A DNA stretch of 63,639 nucleotides, the filler included. It is 6 parts of 6 records of this genome, joined end to end, with 100 filler letters (N's around TTAATTAATTAA, not from the genome) between each part and the next. Parts side by side here need not be neighbours in the genome. Positions count along the whole stretch, not along the records: positions 9,449 to 27,288 come from SRR31156797_9377; positions 27,389 to 32,493 come from SRR31156797_9387; 4 more parts are not named here. The stretch is one strand, 5' to 3'. Below are positions 18,839 through 28,796 of this stretch, one piece after another. The notes under the pieces were generated by a model. That model searched no databases, was not told where the DNA came from, and saw only the letters and a list, made by a program, of their open reading frames with translations. The position numbers and the translations under genes were made by a program. Position 1 is the first letter of the stretch; each line of letters starts with the position of its first letter.

Positions 18839-20464
18839 TCAGCTGTCCTCCGGTTTTAAGTGGAGGACTTCATGCAGATACACATCACCTTTAACTACCT
18901 TGTCACAACAATCCTGCCACAAGGTCTTCATATCACCAGCCATTTCACGTATCCGCCGCTCTCCAGCGCCCTCTGAGATAGCCATTCCAATTTCAGGTGT
19001 AATCCAAAACATTTCAAACAATCCGATTCGGCCGCGGAAACCGCTCCCTACACAAAACGAGCAGCCTCCGGGTTCGTAAATCTCGACCCCGGCATCTACA
19101 CTCAAGCCAAGCAGTGCAAGTTCTCCCGGCTCAGCGGTTCTCTTTTTTCGACAATTACTGCATAATTTTCTGCCAAGCCGCTGGGCAAGGACACCGATAA
19201 CAGTTGAACCGATAAGAAACCGCTCTACCCCGATATCGGCAAGTCGCGTGATTGCACCAATGGAATCGTTAGTATGGAGGGTGGAGAGCACCAGGTGCCC
19301 GGTCATGGCAGAGCGCAGCCCAATTTCAGCGGTTTCCTGGTCCCGGATCTCGCCAACAAGAATAACATCCGGATCGTGACGAAGAAAAGAACGGAGCGCC
19401 TGGGCAAAATTAACCTTGGCACTCACCTGTACCTGGCTGACGCCGTCAACGGTTTGCTCCACCGGATCTTCCACGGTGAGGATATTCATCTCATTAATAT
19501 CCAGCTCACGGATGGCGGCATACAAGGTGGTTGACTTACCACTCCCTGTGGGACCGGTGACCAGGATCATCCCATACGGTTTGTTGATCGCTCCCTGGAA
19601 GTCAGAGAGCATTTCACGGGGCATACCCAGTTGCTTAAGGGAGAAATCACCGGTTTCCTGGCCAAGGATTCGCATGGTTGCCCTTTCCCCCCAACGGGTG
19701 GGGATGGTGGCAACCCTGATATCCATTTCCGGAACATCCCAGTCAATAACAGTGTATTTCAGCGCACCGTCCTGGGCCATGCGCTGCTCAGCAATATCAA
19801 GGGAGGACAACACCTTGATCCGATTCATGAGCGCTTCTTCATCAGCTCCACTCAAAACAAGGCTATACTCCTGCATATGACCATCAACCCGCATCCGGAT
19901 GCGCATTCCATCTTCACGGGGTTCAAAATGAATATCAGAAGCACGGCGGATATAGACTTCCTTCATGATCGCATCAAGCAGCTGCACAGGATCCTGTTCA
20001 TCACCTGTTTCCTGATGACTCCTGACACCACCAGCCTGACTGCATTTTCGGATGGCGGCCTTAAGGGTATCCGGAGCAGCCAGAGCGGGTTGATACCGCT
20101 CCCCGGTGGCCCGTTCAATTCTGTCCAGACTTATCCGGTCGTCCGGATCAGCAAGGGCAATAAATCGTTCCCCGTCCTTCTGCTCCAACGGCAGCAGCAG
20201 GCGCTGCTGCCTGGTACTGCGCGGCAGAAGTTCGTATGCTTCTTTGTCTGCCCGCAACGCTGCAGGCTGCAGAAAGGGCATCCCTCTTATATCAGCCAGC
20301 GCCTGGTACAGGGCCGCCTCGGGAAAACGACCGGCACGGGTGACTATTTCAAGCAGACGTAAGCGCTCCCTCTTTGCCTGGAGCCTGAGCGGTTTTAAAT
20401 CTGCTTCCGCCAGCAGTCCTACCTGAATGCCGGCTTCAATAAGCGCTGTCTCTGTTACCGCCAT
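18839..20464 (-). CDS. pilB: PilB/GspE extension ATPase
   Basis: ASDIHFEP, GPTGSGKSTT, TVEDPVE, LRHDPDVILVGEIRD, TGHLVLSTLHTND and a tetracysteine motif (CSNC...CSFC). Confidence 0.93.
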   Translation of the reverse strand: MAVTETALIEAGIQVGLLAEADLKPLRLQAKRERLRLLEIVTRAGRFPEAALYQALADIRGMPFLQPAALRADKEAYELLPRSTRQQRLLLPLEQKDGERFIALADPDDRISLDRIERATGERYQPALAAPDTLKAAIRKCSQAGGVRSHQETGDEQDPVQLLDAIMKEVYIRRASDIHFEPREDGMRIRMRVDGHMQEYSLVLSGADEEALMNRIKVLSSLDIAEQRMAQDGALKYTVIDWDVPEMDIRVATIPTRWGERATMRILGQETGDFSLKQLGMPREMLSDFQGAINKPYGMILVTGPTGSGKSTTLYAAIRELDINEMNILTVEDPVEQTVDGVSQVQVSAKVNFAQALRSFLRHDPDVILVGEIRDQETAEIGLRSAMTGHLVLSTLHTNDSIGAITRLADIGVERFLIGSTVIGVLAQRLGRKLCSNCRKKRTAEPGELALLGLSVDAGVEIYEPGGCSFCVGSGFRGRIGLFEMFWITPEIGMAISEGAGERRIREMAGDMKTLWQDCCDKVVKGDVYLHEVLHLKPEDS

Positions 20465-21561
20465 TACGATCGCCCATCCACCCGTGCAGCATTGACATGA
20501 CGATCAAATCCCTGCTGATCACTGCACAGCTCCATGGCCACATCACGACCAATCTTGCCGCTTTTCACCAACCGTGCCAGGTCCTGGTCCAGGGTCCACA
20601 TCCCATCCCTGGCTCCGGATTCCATCATTGAGTATATCTGCATGGACTTGGACGATTGAATAAGATTAGCTACAGCAGTGTTGACCCGCAGCAGCTCGAC
20701 CACCGGTATTCTGCCTTTATCATCAACCCGTGGCACCAGCCGCTGGGCAATAACCGCCTGCAGCACCATGGAGAGACGATGCCGGGCGGTGGCCTGTTCA
20801 GCCCCCGGGAAATGACCAATAAAACGCTCCACAGCACCAATGGCCTCGCCGGTGTGGAGGGTGGAGAAAACCAGATGCCCGGTTTCTGCGGCGGTGATGG
20901 AGGCCTGCATGGTCTCAAGATCGCGCATCTCACCCACCATCAACACATCTGGATCTTCGCGCATGGCAGCACGGACAGCGTCCGCATAGGTCGGGACATC
21001 GGTGTGCACCTCCCGGTGGTGGACCAGACTTTTTTTACTCGCATGCACAAATTCCACAGGATCTTCCACTGTCAGAATATGACAATCCCTGGTCTGGTTA
21101 ATCTCATTGAGCAGCACGGCCAGGGTTGACGACTTTCCGCTTCCGGTTGCCCCGGTTATAAGCACCAGCCCTGATTTGAGCATGGCAAGCTCACGCAGGG
21201 ATGTGGGCAGATCAAGATCTTTCAGCGACATCATCTGCTGGTTCAGATGCCGTACCGCCAAAGCGGTTTTTCCCATTTCCCGGTAACAGTTAACCCTGAA
21301 CCGCTCTCCAGCTGCAGATGAATAGCCCATATCCACCGTGAGCTGATCCAGAAACTCCTGGTACTGCTTTCCGCTTAAGATGGACTCGGCCATGGAAGAC
21401 AACGTTACACTGGAGAGAATCTCCTCACCCTGTGGCTGCAACCGACCGTCAATCCTGAAACGGACAGGCCCCCCGGCAGAGAAATGAATATCTGAGCCGC
21501 CCAGTGCAACACAAGCCCCCAAATACTGCTCAAAGCTGTTTCTAAATTTTGTCAACGGCAT
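20464..21561 (-). CDS. pilT: PilT/PilU-type retraction ATPase
   Basis: GSDIHFSAG, GATGSGKSST, EDPVEF, REDPDVLMVGEMRD, AETGHLVFSTLHT and AVANLIQ (AIRNLIRE-like). No N-terminal GspE domain or Zn motif. Start set at ATG 21561. Confidence 0.9.
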   Translation of the reverse strand: MPLTKFRNSFEQYLGACVALGGSDIHFSAGGPVRFRIDGRLQPQGEEILSSVTLSSMAESILSGKQYQEFLDQLTVDMGYSSAAGERFRVNCYREMGKTALAVRHLNQQMMSLKDLDLPTSLRELAMLKSGLVLITGATGSGKSSTLAVLLNEINQTRDCHILTVEDPVEFVHASKKSLVHHREVHTDVPTYADAVRAAMREDPDVLMVGEMRDLETMQASITAAETGHLVFSTLHTGEAIGAVERFIGHFPGAEQATARHRLSMVLQAVIAQRLVPRVDDKGRIPVVELLRVNTAVANLIQSSKSMQIYSMMESGARDGMWTLDQDLARLVKSGKIGRDVAMELCSDQQGFDRHVNAARVDGRS

Positions 21562-21562
21562 G

Positions 21563-22243
21563 TTATATGGATACCTCCAGGTCAATATAGAGATAGCCCG
21601 GAGGCACATCTTTGATCCTGCCCTTTCTATTGTCGGATTGTCCCGCCCCGGAAGACATCTCCCCGGAATACACCTTGAGTTTCATCACCGCCATGTGGAA
21701 AGACAGGTCCTTTAAACCACGAAGGAAATCCTGTAAATTGACAAATGGCGCCTGGGCAGTAACGGAAAGCAACGGCCGATCGATGAGCGGGTCAAGGATG
21801 GACCGCCCGCCCACCTTCCCTGTTTTATCGACGCTAAAACCTTTCCGGCGGGCAGTGAGAATTTCCAGTCCGGTTCTATCTGCAAGTTTGGATACCTCCA
21901 GCATGAGCTGCTGTCTGATTGCGCTGGAATCTTCAGGGGCAAAGCCGCTATCCAGTTCATCAAAAGAGGCATTGACCTCGGCTATCTGCTCTTCCACCCT
22001 GGCAATCTTTTTTTGTACCACCTTGGGGGTAACAATATTGTCGCCAAGGTTCTCTATGGATGCCCGCTTCTCCATCCTGTCCTGTTTTCGATGGACCAAT
22101 TTCCCCGCTTCAAAGTAGCGTTTATATGTCCGCGGAAAGACCAGGCCGCCGTATAAAGCAACTATCAGCAACCCCATGACCGCCTGATACTTAAACCGTT
22201 CTTCACGGGAGAGTTTTCTCCACCTGGCAAGCAACCTGATCAT
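21563..22243 (-). CDS. PilO/GspM-like protein
   Basis: LSREER plus single TM, coiled coil and ferredoxin-like C-terminus; follows the PilMN-like gene. Confidence 0.6.
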   Translation of the reverse strand: MIRLLARWRKLSREERFKYQAVMGLLIVALYGGLVFPRTYKRYFEAGKLVHRKQDRMEKRASIENLGDNIVTPKVVQKKIARVEEQIAEVNASFDELDSGFAPEDSSAIRQQLMLEVSKLADRTGLEILTARRKGFSVDKTGKVGGRSILDPLIDRPLLSVTAQAPFVNLQDFLRGLKDLSFHMAVMKLKVYSGEMSSGAGQSDNRKGRIKDVPPGYLYIDLEVSI

Positions 22244-24042
22244 TTCACTGCTCCTGCGGCGAGTTTACTTTTGGTCAACCATATCTTAAGGCCGAAACCT
22301 TCCATACCAAACGGTCCAGCCCCTTTCACAAGCTGCATTTCTAAAACTTTGTATTTCAACGGAGTTAACATTTTATTGAGTTGGGTAATAAAAATCTGCC
22401 CATGGGTGTCATTGACAGCCCACCCCTCCAAGTAAAACCCCTGGCGATCATTGCTTTCTTCCAGCAAATCTATCATCACGTATTCATTTACAGCCTTTCG
22501 AACCACATCAAGTATGCCCGGAGCCAGCTCCTGGCGATAGTAAATGACATTGTTAAGGATGTTCCGGAAGTGCTTAGCCTTTTCCAGTTCTTCCTCTTTT
22601 GCCATCAGCTGCCTTTTCAACTCATTGGTCTCTTGCACTGTTTGCTGCACCTGGGTTTTCATTTCAGTACGCTTTTTGTACTCGATCTGGATCAACTCCA
22701 GCGCCCACTCTTTTTCATCGGCCTGCTTACGCAGATAGGTCTCCCCGCAAACAACTGCAACAAGGAGGACAGCCAGCCCGGCCCACGGCCACAGTTCCTT
22801 ATTTTTCCAGACCGGTGGCCTGCCCTGTTGAGCCTGAATGCCAACCAGGGTAAAGGATTTTACCCGACCAAGTGCATGCAGGGCGGTTCCATAAAGAGCT
22901 GCGCTGCTTTCAGGACCGCACTCATCCAGGCCAGGGAACATTGTATCCTGACTCAACAGGACAACCGGACAGCGCAGTTCTTCAGCCAGCTCTTCAAGGT
23001 GGGTGTTGAATTCGGGTGCAGCACAAACATAGATGGTTTCCGTATCTGTATGGAGGATGGACCGGATATTACGGCCCAGCTCTGCCAGATCAACAGGGCC
23101 CGGGGTACGGCTATGGAAGGCAGAACTTTTTAATCTGCCTTCCTTGCCCTGGTACAGGCCATATTGTTCCTGGCGGATATCAACCAGTATCCATCCTTTT
23201 TTTTCACCTGCGAGTATGGGCAACCCTGCACCCAGCTGCGGATAAACAGCCTTGAGCTGGACTCCGTTTTTTTGCAATGCGGTTGTCCACTGGCTGCAGA
23301 CCGACTCGTTTATGCCGCCGCCCCACCAGGTAAACTGGTCGTACTGTTCGTCGTCGGCCAGGGCTACAGCTCCGGGAAGCAGTTCCCCGTCCTCGCCAAG
23401 CACCTGCTCCTGAATTTCGAGACACTGGTCAATGTCATCCCGGGAAGCGTATTGTTCATAGGCTGCATTAAGAGAGCCGCGACCGCTGGCGGCATCTTCA
23501 ATCTCCATGCGCTGAGCCGGGGTAATTTTACCGCGCCCCATGAGCAGCGCACCCAGCGACCAGATATCGTTCTGGCTGACAAAGAGCTCTTCCAGCTCCC
23601 AGCGCACCATCTCCGATATTTGCTTGACAGCCTTTTTGTTTTTGGGATCAACAGGGAGGTAGAGCAGGTCTGAAGCGCAGCAGGGGGTTATAAGCACTGC
23701 CTTTTTCGGTACCTTGCGTTTGGACTCAGCCCGTAGTTTATCCAGCACTTCGCCGGCGGCATCGTTGAAATTGGCTGCCGAGGAGGTTGCAGCAGTGGAG
23801 AATTGGAAACCACCGAAAGGAGTACTCTTGGCTACAACACCTCTCAATTCGAATCCGGTGGTCTCCAAAACAAGCAGACGGCCTGGGATAGAGGGTTTTG
23901 TGAATCCTTTTTTTGCAGCACCTTTTTTAGCAGGTGTATCAGTTGCTGCCTTCTTGCCCTTTTTGTTGAGAAAAGGGATTTTCTCTATAATGAAGGAAAT
24001 GGAGCTTAATTTTTGAAGAGGATTTAACTTAGCCATTTTCAT
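22240..24042 (-). CDS. Fused PilM-PilN/GspL-like alignment protein
   Basis: Actin-like cytoplasmic N-part (VRWELE), one TM (LWPWAGLAVLLVAVV), coiled coil and PilN-like C-terminus (LEGWA). Confidence 0.6.
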   Translation of the reverse strand: MKMAKLNPLQKLSSISFIIEKIPFLNKKGKKAATDTPAKKGAAKKGFTKPSIPGRLLVLETTGFELRGVVAKSTPFGGFQFSTAATSSAANFNDAAGEVLDKLRAESKRKVPKKAVLITPCCASDLLYLPVDPKNKKAVKQISEMVRWELEELFVSQNDIWSLGALLMGRGKITPAQRMEIEDAASGRGSLNAAYEQYASRDDIDQCLEIQEQVLGEDGELLPGAVALADDEQYDQFTWWGGGINESVCSQWTTALQKNGVQLKAVYPQLGAGLPILAGEKKGWILVDIRQEQYGLYQGKEGRLKSSAFHSRTPGPVDLAELGRNIRSILHTDTETIYVCAAPEFNTHLEELAEELRCPVVLLSQDTMFPGLDECGPESSAALYGTALHALGRVKSFTLVGIQAQQGRPPVWKNKELWPWAGLAVLLVAVVCGETYLRKQADEKEWALELIQIEYKKRTEMKTQVQQTVQETNELKRQLMAKEEELEKAKHFRNILNNVIYYRQELAPGILDVVRKAVNEYVMIDLLEESNDRQGFYLEGWAVNDTHGQIFITQLNKMLTPLKYKVLEMQLVKGAGPFGMEGFGLKIWLTKSKLAAGAVK

Positions 24043-24233
24043 TATTCATCTGCACCGCCCACCGGGGTCATGAGTCACTCGTTTTATTATAATTGATTAA
24101 ATATGCCTGTCCCTGCTGACAGGACGTTGATTTTGCTTCACTTTTCAAACCCGGGAGACAGATCGAAGCCTCCGCTATCTTATTTTCATAAACGGCCATG
24201 AAAAAAGTCAGTCCCCTACCACTATTATCAAAA

Positions 24234-25442
24234 TCAATGTAATTCCCAATACAGGGGGTGCATTACTGTGCCAGGGACAACAGAGAAAACTTGCCAGTCT
24301 GAATTTTTGGGGACTGACCTAGTGATATCACAGGTGTCATCAGAGGGGTCGCTGTTACCTTGATCGTTCCCAACAAAAATTCGATAGGCATATTGCCCTA
24401 ATGCAAGGTACCGGTCCGCATCGGGGTTACTAGAATCTTCAAATGAAAAAATCACTGACTTGCTGTTCCCGTCATACGTCAAGGTCTGTACTCCCTTACT
24501 ACCGTCAGAGGTAATCGGGCTCCCTGAGAAAGTGCCCTTTTCACGTACTGCGATAGACATACAAAGAGTTTCCGCAGATTCCCACAGTCCATTGTGCAAA
24601 GCAGTACAGGTCGAGCTATCAAGAATATTTGGGTCATCAAACCAACTTTCATTGTTATCTTCACAGGCAACACGCTTGTTGTGGGAGGGATCAGAACATC
24701 GCCAACATGAAGCAAGTCTTCCGAAATGTACCCTAATTCCACCTGTTTCATCATTTTCAGCAATATTTTCCCCGTCAGTTATTTTGATTCTATATTGACT
24801 TTCTGCTACAAGGACATCTGAACCTGACGGGGGGTAGTCCGCTTCATAATTCCCTCCACCTGTTGCCCCTGCAAGACCATCAGCACCATAACTTTGAAGT
24901 GTTACAGAGGAGCCAACATTCAAGTTCCATCCAAAATTATTGCTAGAATTACCTACGTTCCCCCAACCATCCTTGAATTTTGGATAACCAATAAGCTCCT
25001 TAGCCTTCAGATAAGGCCCATTCCATCCGTGCCAAAGCCCATACGTTGGATCGTAAGCCCAATCTGGCTGTTCATTAGCAGAGCCAACACTCCATGTACC
25101 GCCAGCACTTGCACAGTTAGAAATATCCTTGTCAGGGTATCCGACACAATACTCTTGACTTACAAGTGCCTGCAGATTCGGCGGCAATGACCCCATATCA
25201 GCCACATATCCGCTAATCTCGGGTGACCCGTTAATGGTCCGTGACGTATCACCGATGATAGCCCTGCGGATTTTTGCAAGCCGATTCCGGGTTTCCTCAA
25301 AGCGAATCTGGTCGCTGTTGTTGTTGACCACGTCCAGGGACATCCAGGCGATGCCGGAGATGATAGTGACCACCAGCAGCAGTTCCAGCAGGGTGAATCC
25401 CTGTTGGTTGTGCAGGGTATGGGAAAGGCTGGGAGCTCGCAT
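24234..25442 (-). CDS. Large GspG-like prepilin/pseudopilin (402 aa)
   Basis: QQG|FTLLELLLVV class III signal; WNGPYL, DGWGN and SYGADG motifs; Cys-rich C-terminal part. Confidence 0.88.
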   Translation of the reverse strand: MRAPSLSHTLHNQQGFTLLELLLVVTIISGIAWMSLDVVNNNSDQIRFEETRNRLAKIRRAIIGDTSRTINGSPEISGYVADMGSLPPNLQALVSQEYCVGYPDKDISNCASAGGTWSVGSANEQPDWAYDPTYGLWHGWNGPYLKAKELIGYPKFKDGWGNVGNSSNNFGWNLNVGSSVTLQSYGADGLAGATGGGNYEADYPPSGSDVLVAESQYRIKITDGENIAENDETGGIRVHFGRLASCWRCSDPSHNKRVACEDNNESWFDDPNILDSSTCTALHNGLWESAETLCMSIAVREKGTFSGSPITSDGSKGVQTLTYDGNSKSVIFSFEDSSNPDADRYLALGQYAYRIFVGNDQGNSDPSDDTCDITRSVPKNSDWQVFSVVPGTVMHPLYWELH

Positions 25443-25448
25443 GGTTGT

Positions 25449-25895
25449 TTACAGGGTGTAATCCACCACCAGAATGGCTGGTCCTTTGGAGTAGTTATAG
25501 ATATGGTAGCCGAGGAAATGGGCCTGTTCCTCTTCCTTGAGCCCTTTTTGCAGCTTTTCCACGGTATTCTTTTCTACATAGACCGGGATTATACGCCCTT
25601 CCCTGGTTTCAATGAACATGCGGTGCTCAACAACCGGCAGCGGATCAACCCCTGCCACCTGAAGCGCCTCGTAGACATAAGTCATCTTTTTCTCTTCGGG
25701 AAAACGCTTCATCTTGGCTTCAAAGGTGATGGGGTCTGCCATCTTGATCAGCTTCTTGCCTTTGCCGATGGTCTTTTTTTCCTGTTCAATAAAGGAGTCC
25801 AAGGTGATCTCTTTAAACGGCTTTTCCTCAGCATGGATACAGTTGGCCGCCATCAATAGGGCCAGGGTAAGTATCAGTAATTTTGCAACTCGCAT
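25449..25895 (-). CDS. Exported hypothetical protein
   Basis: Signal peptide (…NCIHA|EEK), 148 aa, tightly packed between the two pilin genes. Confidence 0.75.
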   Translation of the reverse strand: MRVAKLLILTLALLMAANCIHAEEKPFKEITLDSFIEQEKKTIGKGKKLIKMADPITFEAKMKRFPEEKKMTYVYEALQVAGVDPLPVVEHRMFIETREGRIIPVYVEKNTVEKLQKGLKEEEQAHFLGYHIYNYSKGPAILVVDYTL

Positions 25896-25902
25896 TCGTG
25901 TC

Positions 25903-26778
25903 TCACTCGATGATCAATTGAATGTCATCTTCATTTTCATCTAAATTATCAAAGCGCCCATTAGGCCCCATACTAACGAGAGATATTTCGCGATCATCAG
26001 AAGCATCCTGTAAAAAATACAGATAAGGCCTGCCCCAACTGACGATTTCACCTCTTTCTGGTTCTCCGGTCGCCATTGGTCTATGAATCCTGGACCAGTC
26101 CAACAAATCATCTTCAACACTGGAACTAACAACACCCTCAGCTCGGTGCTCATACGGATCTGCAACACCAAAAACGTCAGGAACAGGTGGAACATTGTGG
26201 GACGCCGAAAGATCTATCTCCAAGGGGTCTCCACCAATTCCTTCATTATGGATATACCCAGTAGTACTAACCTCATTAATTTCACTGCCTATATCGACAT
26301 AACCGTCATTAAAATCCTTCAGATATGGCCCGCGCCATCCACGGCCAGTTTCCTCATCCCAGCTATCACCATCAGTTCCCACTTGGACCAAAAACCCAAG
26401 AGAAGAACCGCCAAAAAACTCCGGCCTTACATAAAGCTGAATAAAATTGGCTGGTGAATTGAACCATCGCGTTTTTTCTGAGTCATTACTCCCAGCGTAC
26501 GCCTTAAATTTACTGACATCCACCTGCCCAGGACTTACTCCATCGTAAACAGCAAACGGCCCTTCCTTAGGGTAATAACCAGTATCCCGTTTGAACTGAC
26601 GAATAGCATCCGCCAGCTGCTGCATCTCTGCATAGGCGAGGCGATCGTCGGAGTCTTCAATTACACCGCGGTACGCACCCATCGCTACCACCGAAATGGC
26701 AGCCAAGACGCTGACCACCACCAGCAGCTCAAGCAAGGTGAAGCCGTGGGAGCTATATCCTTTCACACCCGTGCTCAT
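25903..26778 (-). CDS. GspG-like prepilin/pseudopilin (291 aa)
   Basis: HG|FTLLELLVVV, AIRQFKRDTGYYP, GWRGPYL, WGRPY, VSMGPNG and DDI motifs. Confidence 0.9.
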   Translation of the reverse strand: MSTGVKGYSSHGFTLLELLVVVSVLAAISVVAMGAYRGVIEDSDDRLAYAEMQQLADAIRQFKRDTGYYPKEGPFAVYDGVSPGQVDVSKFKAYAGSNDSEKTRWFNSPANFIQLYVRPEFFGGSSLGFLVQVGTDGDSWDEETGRGWRGPYLKDFNDGYVDIGSEINEVSTTGYIHNEGIGGDPLEIDLSASHNVPPVPDVFGVADPYEHRAEGVVSSSVEDDLLDWSRIHRPMATGEPERGEIVSWGRPYLYFLQDASDDREISLVSMGPNGRFDNLDENEDDIQLIIE

Positions 26779-26797
26779 GGCGCACCCTTACCAATAA

Positions 26798-27109
26798 CTA
26801 TTTTACACACGCCTGACGTGCTTCCTTGAGCCCTGTTTTAAAATCAGCGCCGTATTTTCTCCGGGCACGGCTAACGGCCTCATTTTCCACCATACCTTCG
26901 TTCATCAGCTTGGCAATAAAGTTGTAAATATCGCTTTTAACGCTGTCGCCCATCTCCTCTGCCAGGCATTTTGCCTGGGCAGCATCGTGGCCGGAACGTA
27001 CCAGTCCCTGCTCCATCATCTCCTTGTCCGGTGAACCACAGCCAACCAAAGCAAATACTGTCAACAGTGCTAACCCCATCCAAATTTTTTGTGTTGTTAT
27101 CCGTGTCAC
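26798..27109 (-). CDS. Small lipoprotein
   Basis: GTG 27109 preceded by AAGGAG; lipobox LVG|C; two further Cys residues. Confidence 0.7.
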   Translation of the reverse strand: MTRITTQKIWMGLALLTVFALVGCGSPDKEMMEQGLVRSGHDAAQAKCLAEEMGDSVKSDIYNFIAKLMNEGMVENEAVSRARRKYGADFKTGLKEARQACVK

Positions 27110-27288
27110 GTTCACTCCTTTTTCAAAAAAGTTCTCACTTGATTTCCTGTGAAACCCAAACCCTTCCAGCATCCTGAAACGGTGCACACTTCACAACCAA
27201 CCACCTAACCCTCCTGGTCAGCGGATTTTTCCGCAGACTCTTTACTGCAGGCCATTTGCGGTAGCTAACTACCGGAGTCTTCGCTACC

Positions 27289-27388
27289 NNNNNNNNNNNN
27301 NNNNNNNNNNNNNNNNNNNNNNNNNNNNNNNNTTAATTAATTAANNNNNNNNNNNNNNNNNNNNNNNNNNNNNNNNNNNNNNNNNNNN
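27289..27388. other. Artificial contig spacer
   Basis: N44-TTAATTAATTAA-N44. Confidence 0.99.
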
Positions 27389-28778
27389 AAAAGATTCTTT
27401 GAGGAACTGGAGCATCAATTTTTCCACCAGCTGTAATACTATCAATTACTAGTGATCCTGAATCAGAAGAAGTAATAAAAAACACTAATACTAACACAAT
27501 TCCAAGAAACGAAGTAATAGAGGCTAATGGAAGATTCTCTAACATTTGAAACATTGCTATAGATACATCACTGATCCCATTTGTTAATTGTCCTACTCCA
27601 TTATTTACTTGTTCTAGTGCTGATCCTCCAAAAGTACTCATCCAAACTATTGTAATAATTGTAGGGATAATAAGAACTGCTGACATAAACTCTCTTACAC
27701 TTCTTCCTTTTGAAATTCTAGCTATAAACATCCCAACAAATGGTGACCATGAGATCCACCATGCCCAGTAAAACACTGTCCATCCATGAAACCAATCAGT
27801 ATCTTCACGACCTATCCAATTACTCAGAGGAATAATATGGGTAAGATAATCTCCTGTTGTTTTAAATATTCCACTAAAAATATTCATTGTTGATCCAGCA
27901 ATAAGAACAAATACTAAAAGAGCTAAAGCGATAAGCATATTGATATTACTTAAAAGTTTTACTCCACCATCTACACCTCTTACAACTGAGAAGATCGCTA
28001 TAGTAGTTACAAATATTATGATTGCTATTTGTGTAGAAGTTCCCGCATCTATTCCAAAAAGAAAATTCAAACCTCCACTTGCTTGTTGTGCTCCAAGTCC
28101 TAAAGAGGTCGCAAGTCCAAATATAGTTGCAAGTACTGCTAAAAGATCAATCAAATGCCCAGGCCAACCCCAAATTCTATCTCCTAAAAGAGGATAAAAC
28201 ACTGATCTTACAGTTAAAGGAAGTCCTTTATTGTATGTAAAAAACGCAAGAGATAATCCTACAATCCCATATATAGCCCATGGATGTAAGCCCCAATGAT
28301 ACATAGTTGCGCCCATTGCTGCACTTGCAGCTTCTGGAGTATTTGCAGCAACGCCTAGTGGAGTTTTATACCAAGCTGTATAGTATGCAACTGGTTCAGC
28401 TACACTCCAAAACATCAGTCCTATCCCCATTCCTGCAGCAAAAAGCATTGCAAACCAAGAGATTCTTGAAAATTCAGGTTTTGCATCAGCTCCACCAAGC
28501 CTTATCTTACCCACTGGTAAAAAAATAAGTGCTATACAAAATACAACAAAAATATTTGCTGATATCATAAAAAGCCAATCAAAATTATTAATTGTCCACC
28601 ATTTTGCACCATCAAGAACCTCTTTAGCTCCTGCTGGAAAGATTAAAGTCAATATTACAAACCCTAAAATCAATACGGCACTTATTGCAAAAACGGGATT
28701 GTGGATATCCATCCCAAATACACTTACATTGTCTTGACCAATCTCATAATCGGTCTCATAATCTACTGTTTTTTCCAT
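27389..28778 (-). CDS. BCCT family compatible-solute transporter (3'-truncated)
   Basis: SWFAMLFAAGMGIGLMFW, HWGLHPWAIY, WTVFYWAWWISWSPFVGMFIARISKGR and FFITSSDS. Confidence 0.93.
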
Positions 28779-28796
28779 TTTCTTCCTTTATAAATT

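Noticed and set aside
24690-24710. CWRC in the 402-aa pilin as a c-type heme motif (cytochrome pilin)
   Set aside because: The sequence is CWRCS, not CxxCH; disulfides or another metal site are more likely.
27190-27288. Hairpin-rich stretch upstream of the pilus cluster as a c-di-GMP riboswitch
   Set aside because: Hairpins exist (CGGTAG-TTAG-CTACCG; GCGGA-AAAA-TCCGC) but GEMM core motifs are not visible. The region is cut by the contig edge and may simply be the end of an upstream gene (…GSEDSGS*) plus terminator.
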